DNA from: Flectonema sp. DT1601
Lineage: Eukaryota
NCBI GenBank assembly: GCA_964019425.1
Contig: OZ025787.1
Span: 124,001 to 188,000, forward strand
Length of the DNA stretch: 64,000 nt
Reading direction: 5' to 3'
Each line of letters opens with the position of its first letter. The first letter of the stretch is position 1. Below, in pieces: positions 60,111 to 64,000 of the stretch. A program made the translations under genes and the position numbers. Below the pieces are notes generated by a model. The model was not told the origin of the DNA and ran no database searches. It was given only the letters and a program-made list of their open reading frames with translations.

Positions 60111-61778
60111 TTAACTAGCTGCTCCCTCCTGTCTCAGAGTATCAACACGACTTAGTCCTTTTGGTAGTGGTGGATCAGTAGAACCATCAGACTCAGTACC
60201 TTCACTTTGTACTGACTGAGAAGGAACAGCTACAGGCATTACATCCTGTAGGTTTATGTTACTTAGTATATTATCAGTTGAAGACTGATGATCAGTAACA
60301 GGGAATGTGTCTTGTCTACTTAATGAAGAAGAAGCTGCTTCCCCTGTTGGCATTGTAGGCTGTCTAGTAAGCCCAGCAGTTTTATCATAAGCAAAGTCAA
60401 GTGGGAATGTATCATGTCGTGAAAGACAACCTGTTAGTTGTGCAGCTGTTGGAATTCTCTCTAATCCCAACGACGGGATGGTACTCTGACGTGTCAATCC
60501 GGAAGCTTCAGCGACAGGGAGTGGTGATTCAGCAATCGCCTGAGCAAATGTTGGCGCTCTGTTAAGAACATTTAAATTAGGAGATTCTGAAGAAGTAGTA
60601 GTCGGTGTGCTACAGCCTACCTTACCAAGAATTCCAGGAACTGGACTCTCTCCATCTCTTGATCGAGAGGATAATGAGTCTTGTCTGTCTCTTTCTCGGA
60701 GTGCGAATCCCCGACTTGGTTTATTAAATCTCTTTAAGAGAGGTGGATCATCAGTATCATCACTATCAATAATAACATCATTCTGATCATAAGGATCTAA
60801 ATGTTTAGCACTTCTCAGTGGTGAATTCGAGTGAAGAGAAGTAACCGTATCTAATAGTGCGCTATCAACAAGAGCACGTGAAAGTCTTCTGGGGGACGGA
60901 TTCTCAGAATCGCAAGAGTCATCACCGTGGAAGATGTAACTCCCATCTGCAATAAAACCTTTGCTCAGTTCTTCCATAGCAATTGCTGAAAGTCTTCTTC
61001 TCAGACAATCCACTTCAATTTCGGCTTCAGAGCGATGGCGGGCTCCTGTGATAGGACACCACTTTGAATCGATCATATGTTCATTACAGTGAGGGCATCG
61101 CTCTGGGTTTCCAATTTGATTTGCCCAATTTTCAAAAGGAGCATTCAGCGGCGACTCCAAGTACGATGGGGTTCTGACTTTAACAGCGTTTGCTGCATCA
61201 CGTAGTGCTGATAATTCCAACTCTGCTGATTCCCTGTCATCTTCAAGAGTACACAGATCGTTATGAAGGTTTGTAATATCACAACTGAGTTCATCGCGTT
61301 CTGATGCGAGTAGTAAGGCTTCTTTTCGAAGTCTCTTTACTTCTTCTTGTAGTTCTTTTATGTTTTCCTTTGTTACAGGTGTTTCCAATGAGTAGTTAGC
61401 AATTCCTAGTATCGGGCATATTAAATCAATATCAACCTGTGCTGCAACCTCCAAAGCACTTATAACTTTACGGAGGCCTTCGTACAGACATTTCCCTAGT
61501 TGCTTCCATCGTGGTTGTTGGAGTCGAGGCTTAGAGGCCTTCATCTTTATCTTCTTCTTACGAGATTTTATAAAATAAACCCTCTCTACGATTGGCATCG
61601 GTTCAGGTTTTGTGTAGCTCAGTGCTGGAGATGGCAGAGAGTGAATTTTTCTTTCCAAGAAATTCGAAATTGATCTCCTGACTCCTCCACAAGCCAGTGG
61701 AACTGATGGATAAGGTGATGGTGGTGTCTGTGGTGGGATACTTGATAAGGGTGTCCCTGGACTCTGTGTTTCCATCAT
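60111..61778 (-). CDS. Hypothetical coiled-coil protein with small Cys/His zinc-finger-like motif and repeated LxRxxT motifs
   Basis: 555-aa ORF, coiled coil, CPHC...WCPITGARH. Pyrimidine-tract AG upstream of ATG. Confidence 0.7.
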   Translation of the reverse strand: MMETQSPGTPLSSIPPQTPPSPYPSVPLACGGVRRSISNFLERKIHSLPSPALSYTKPEPMPIVERVYFIKSRKKKIKMKASKPRLQQPRWKQLGKCLYEGLRKVISALEVAAQVDIDLICPILGIANYSLETPVTKENIKELQEEVKRLRKEALLLASERDELSCDITNLHNDLCTLEDDRESAELELSALRDAANAVKVRTPSYLESPLNAPFENWANQIGNPERCPHCNEHMIDSKWCPITGARHRSEAEIEVDCLRRRLSAIAMEELSKGFIADGSYIFHGDDSCDSENPSPRRLSRALVDSALLDTVTSLHSNSPLRSAKHLDPYDQNDVIIDSDDTDDPPLLKRFNKPSRGFALRERDRQDSLSSRSRDGESPVPGILGKVGCSTPTTTSSESPNLNVLNRAPTFAQAIAESPLPVAEASGLTRQSTIPSLGLERIPTAAQLTGCLSRHDTFPLDFAYDKTAGLTRQPTMPTGEAASSSLSRQDTFPVTDHQSSTDNILSNINLQDVMPVAVPSQSVQSEGTESDGSTDPPLPKGLSRVDTLRQEGAAS

Positions 61779-62013
61779 ATTGTAATTATTGTTCTTTTTG
61801 TATGCTGAAAGGAAGATGTAAGAGTATTATTTATTGTAGTTCATAAATGAAAAAGGCTTCACAGTCAGACACATTTGTTTCAGTCACCTGCTATAAAATA
61901 ATACTGCCATACGTCACATCACACATATCAAATACATTATGAAATCCAAAAGTGCGTGTAAGTGGAATAGGTAAAGGGTAAATGAAAAGACAAAAAACAA
62001 AAAAAAACAACAC

Positions 62014-62245
62014 GGGGACTTTGATAATTTAAAAACAGTAACAACTTTTTAGGGTATTAATACAAAATTAATATCAAGTACTTGACTGAAAAGAATATTT
62101 GTAGTTGTTAATAAAAAGAAAGGTACGTTTAGAAAAAAGAAAACATAAAAGGGAAATATGTTCCCTCTTATACGTGAGGGTAAATTAATACTGTATTATC
62201 AAGCTGAGGGAGGGAAATAAACTGGATCCCGACATGCCCACAAAA
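62014..62245. repeat. Further copy of the dispersed repeat seen at 11027-12036
   Basis: GGGTATTAATACAAAATTAATATCAAGTACTTGACTGAAAA...GTAGTTGTTAAT...TTTAGAAAAAAGAAAACATAAAA matches 11880-11990. Confidence 0.8.
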
Positions 62246-64000
62246 TAATAATAAATGCCAGAACTGTGAAGACACTTTGCGTTAAACAGAAAAAAGCTTT
62301 TCTTGGTACCCGTGTGACTTTACTATTAAGTACCTTTAAATCTCATTCTTAAGAGATTCACTGCACGCCGCATTAAGATAGTCAACGATGCTGCATACCA
62401 AAGTGAGAAAATAAAACCAACAAATAAGTGCCGAGAAGTGTAAATAAAGGAACGAGGGTAAAGGGAGATTGACTCATATAGCCAAGCGAGAGTAAGTGGT
62501 TGGAGGAGAACGTTAACCTACTCATTGCAGTAACAACGGTTACAGGATACGGTTGCAAACAATACAAAAATATAAAATAGTTAAGAAAACTATCACACAC
62601 CGATAACAACTTTCACTACCTAAAAACAGAATAGCAAATTGACAGAAATAGTGTTTTAAATTGAGTTGCTCCTGCACTAGAAAACAGTACAGAAAACAAA
62701 TAACCAATTCACTAATTAATATCAGCATGTAGTCAAACAACGAAGACCACTAGTTGCTGCATTCTCAAAGGATTACGAGACGGTTGACAACGCCTCATGT
62801 TATCGACAAGGGGAAGAGAAAAAAAATGACAAGTGAAGAAAGCCATAAGACCTTCTTCAAACGAATGCAAAGAACAGAATCAAAAAAAAGAAGATCAATT
62901 GTTGTTAAAAATAATAGAAAAGATGACACCATTGAAAAAGTAAATAATTAAAATTTAAAAAAAGGGGAAAAAAGAAAAAGAATTTTTAAATGTGAACTTG
63001 AATCAATCCAATAGTTATTCACAACAGCGTGTTTCGTTTTAGGAAAAAAAAAAAAAAGAAAAAGGAAAGGAGAAGGTAATGTGTTGCTGAGAAGAGATGG
63101 ATGCAACACGTGCTACTGAGATAGAAAGTAGTGCAAACCGTACAGTGCTTGTCACAATCGGGAAAAAACAATTTTTCCCGATAACAAAATTTCATTTCAA
63201 ACTTTTCTCTCCTAATAAGCATCCTCACACCGAAAAAGTTTTCCTTTTTTTTTTGTTTTTCCTTTTTTTTTTTTTGCTGTTGTTCAAAGCAAACCTCATC
63301 AGAAGAAAAGCAATACTAACAGCTCAGAATATGCAATCTCAAGATACTATTAAAAAAAAGAAATAGAAAAGGTCCAGATACTGAGAGAGATGACGCAATT
63401 AAAACACACAAAAGAAAATAAAAACGTAGAAAAAATTAATCAAATCTTTTCTGTTCTTTGTTTGATGCTACTGTCGCAGTACACACAACAAAAATAAAAA
63501 TAATGGCAGTTAACTTAATTTTACTTTTCTTCATTCCGACAATTAGAAAGTAGTGTACATTGTTTTCCTACCATTCGAAGTTTAAAAAAAACGTGACAAT
63601 GACAAGTAGGTAATGCACACAACTACAAGAGGAGATAACAAATAAAAAATAACAAAATCAGAGTGAAGTAGGAAAAAAAAAAGAGAAACCACAATCAATA
63701 TATGTTCACCCCAGAGCAAACTAACTCAGACATTACGAACCGCCAAACCAGTCTGTCTCATGCGTAAAAGAGACAAATAGTACGCGCAATTACGTAATAA
63801 ATTAAATTAAAAAGATAATAAATAAGCAATTACAATACCTCCGACTTAAAATGTGTATGCGTGAAATTGCGGAAAGGGTTATACAGACCTCGTTCTGAAT
63901 CCCAAAAAAAAAAAAGTAAAAATAACGAACTATATGCGAAAAAAGATCATTTTGTATATAAAAAACTCCTTCCAAACTCGAAAAATAGTTTGTATGTAGC

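Noticed and set aside
808..61778. Stop-codon reassignment, selenoprotein or programmed frameshifting to explain broken ORFs
   Set aside because: All breaks in host genes are resolved by canonical GT-AG introns. TAA, TAG and TGA all act as terminators, and no SECIS was recognised.
56000..64000. Small F/K-rich ORFs in intergenic DNA
   Set aside because: Derived from poly(A)/poly(T) tracts, with no protein-like composition.

Overview
AT-rich eukaryotic nuclear DNA. All 19 protein-coding genes I can support lie on the minus strand, a directional cluster typical of Euglenozoa. The many short canonical GT-AG introns point to a diplonemid-like rather than trypanosomatid genome (inference). Recognisable genes: CIPK/SnRK-like kinase, gamma-glutamyltranspeptidase, IQ protein, R3H+RRM (R3HCC1-like) protein, ubiquitin-like+BspA-type LRR protein, LRR protein, two cystathionine beta-synthase paralogues, OTU deubiquitinase, midasin, EF-hand protein, TPR protein, HSL-family esterase, LRR+cNMP protein, a globin-fold protein and CFAP57. 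I reconstructed 15 frame-restoring introns by hand. Main observations: (1) two classes of 3' splice site, pyrimidine-rich just upstream of start codons (likely SL trans-splicing) versus A/C-rich in cis-introns whose ends can base-pair; (2) a strong 3' bias in intron position; (3) CBS paralogues nearly identical except for flanks and last exon, separated by a decayed piggyBac element; (4) a globin lacking the proximal His; (5) a Ubl-LRR protein with hypervariable repeat positions next to a dispersed repeat family; (6) several stem-loop islands in long intergenic regions. No database searches or folding computations were run.
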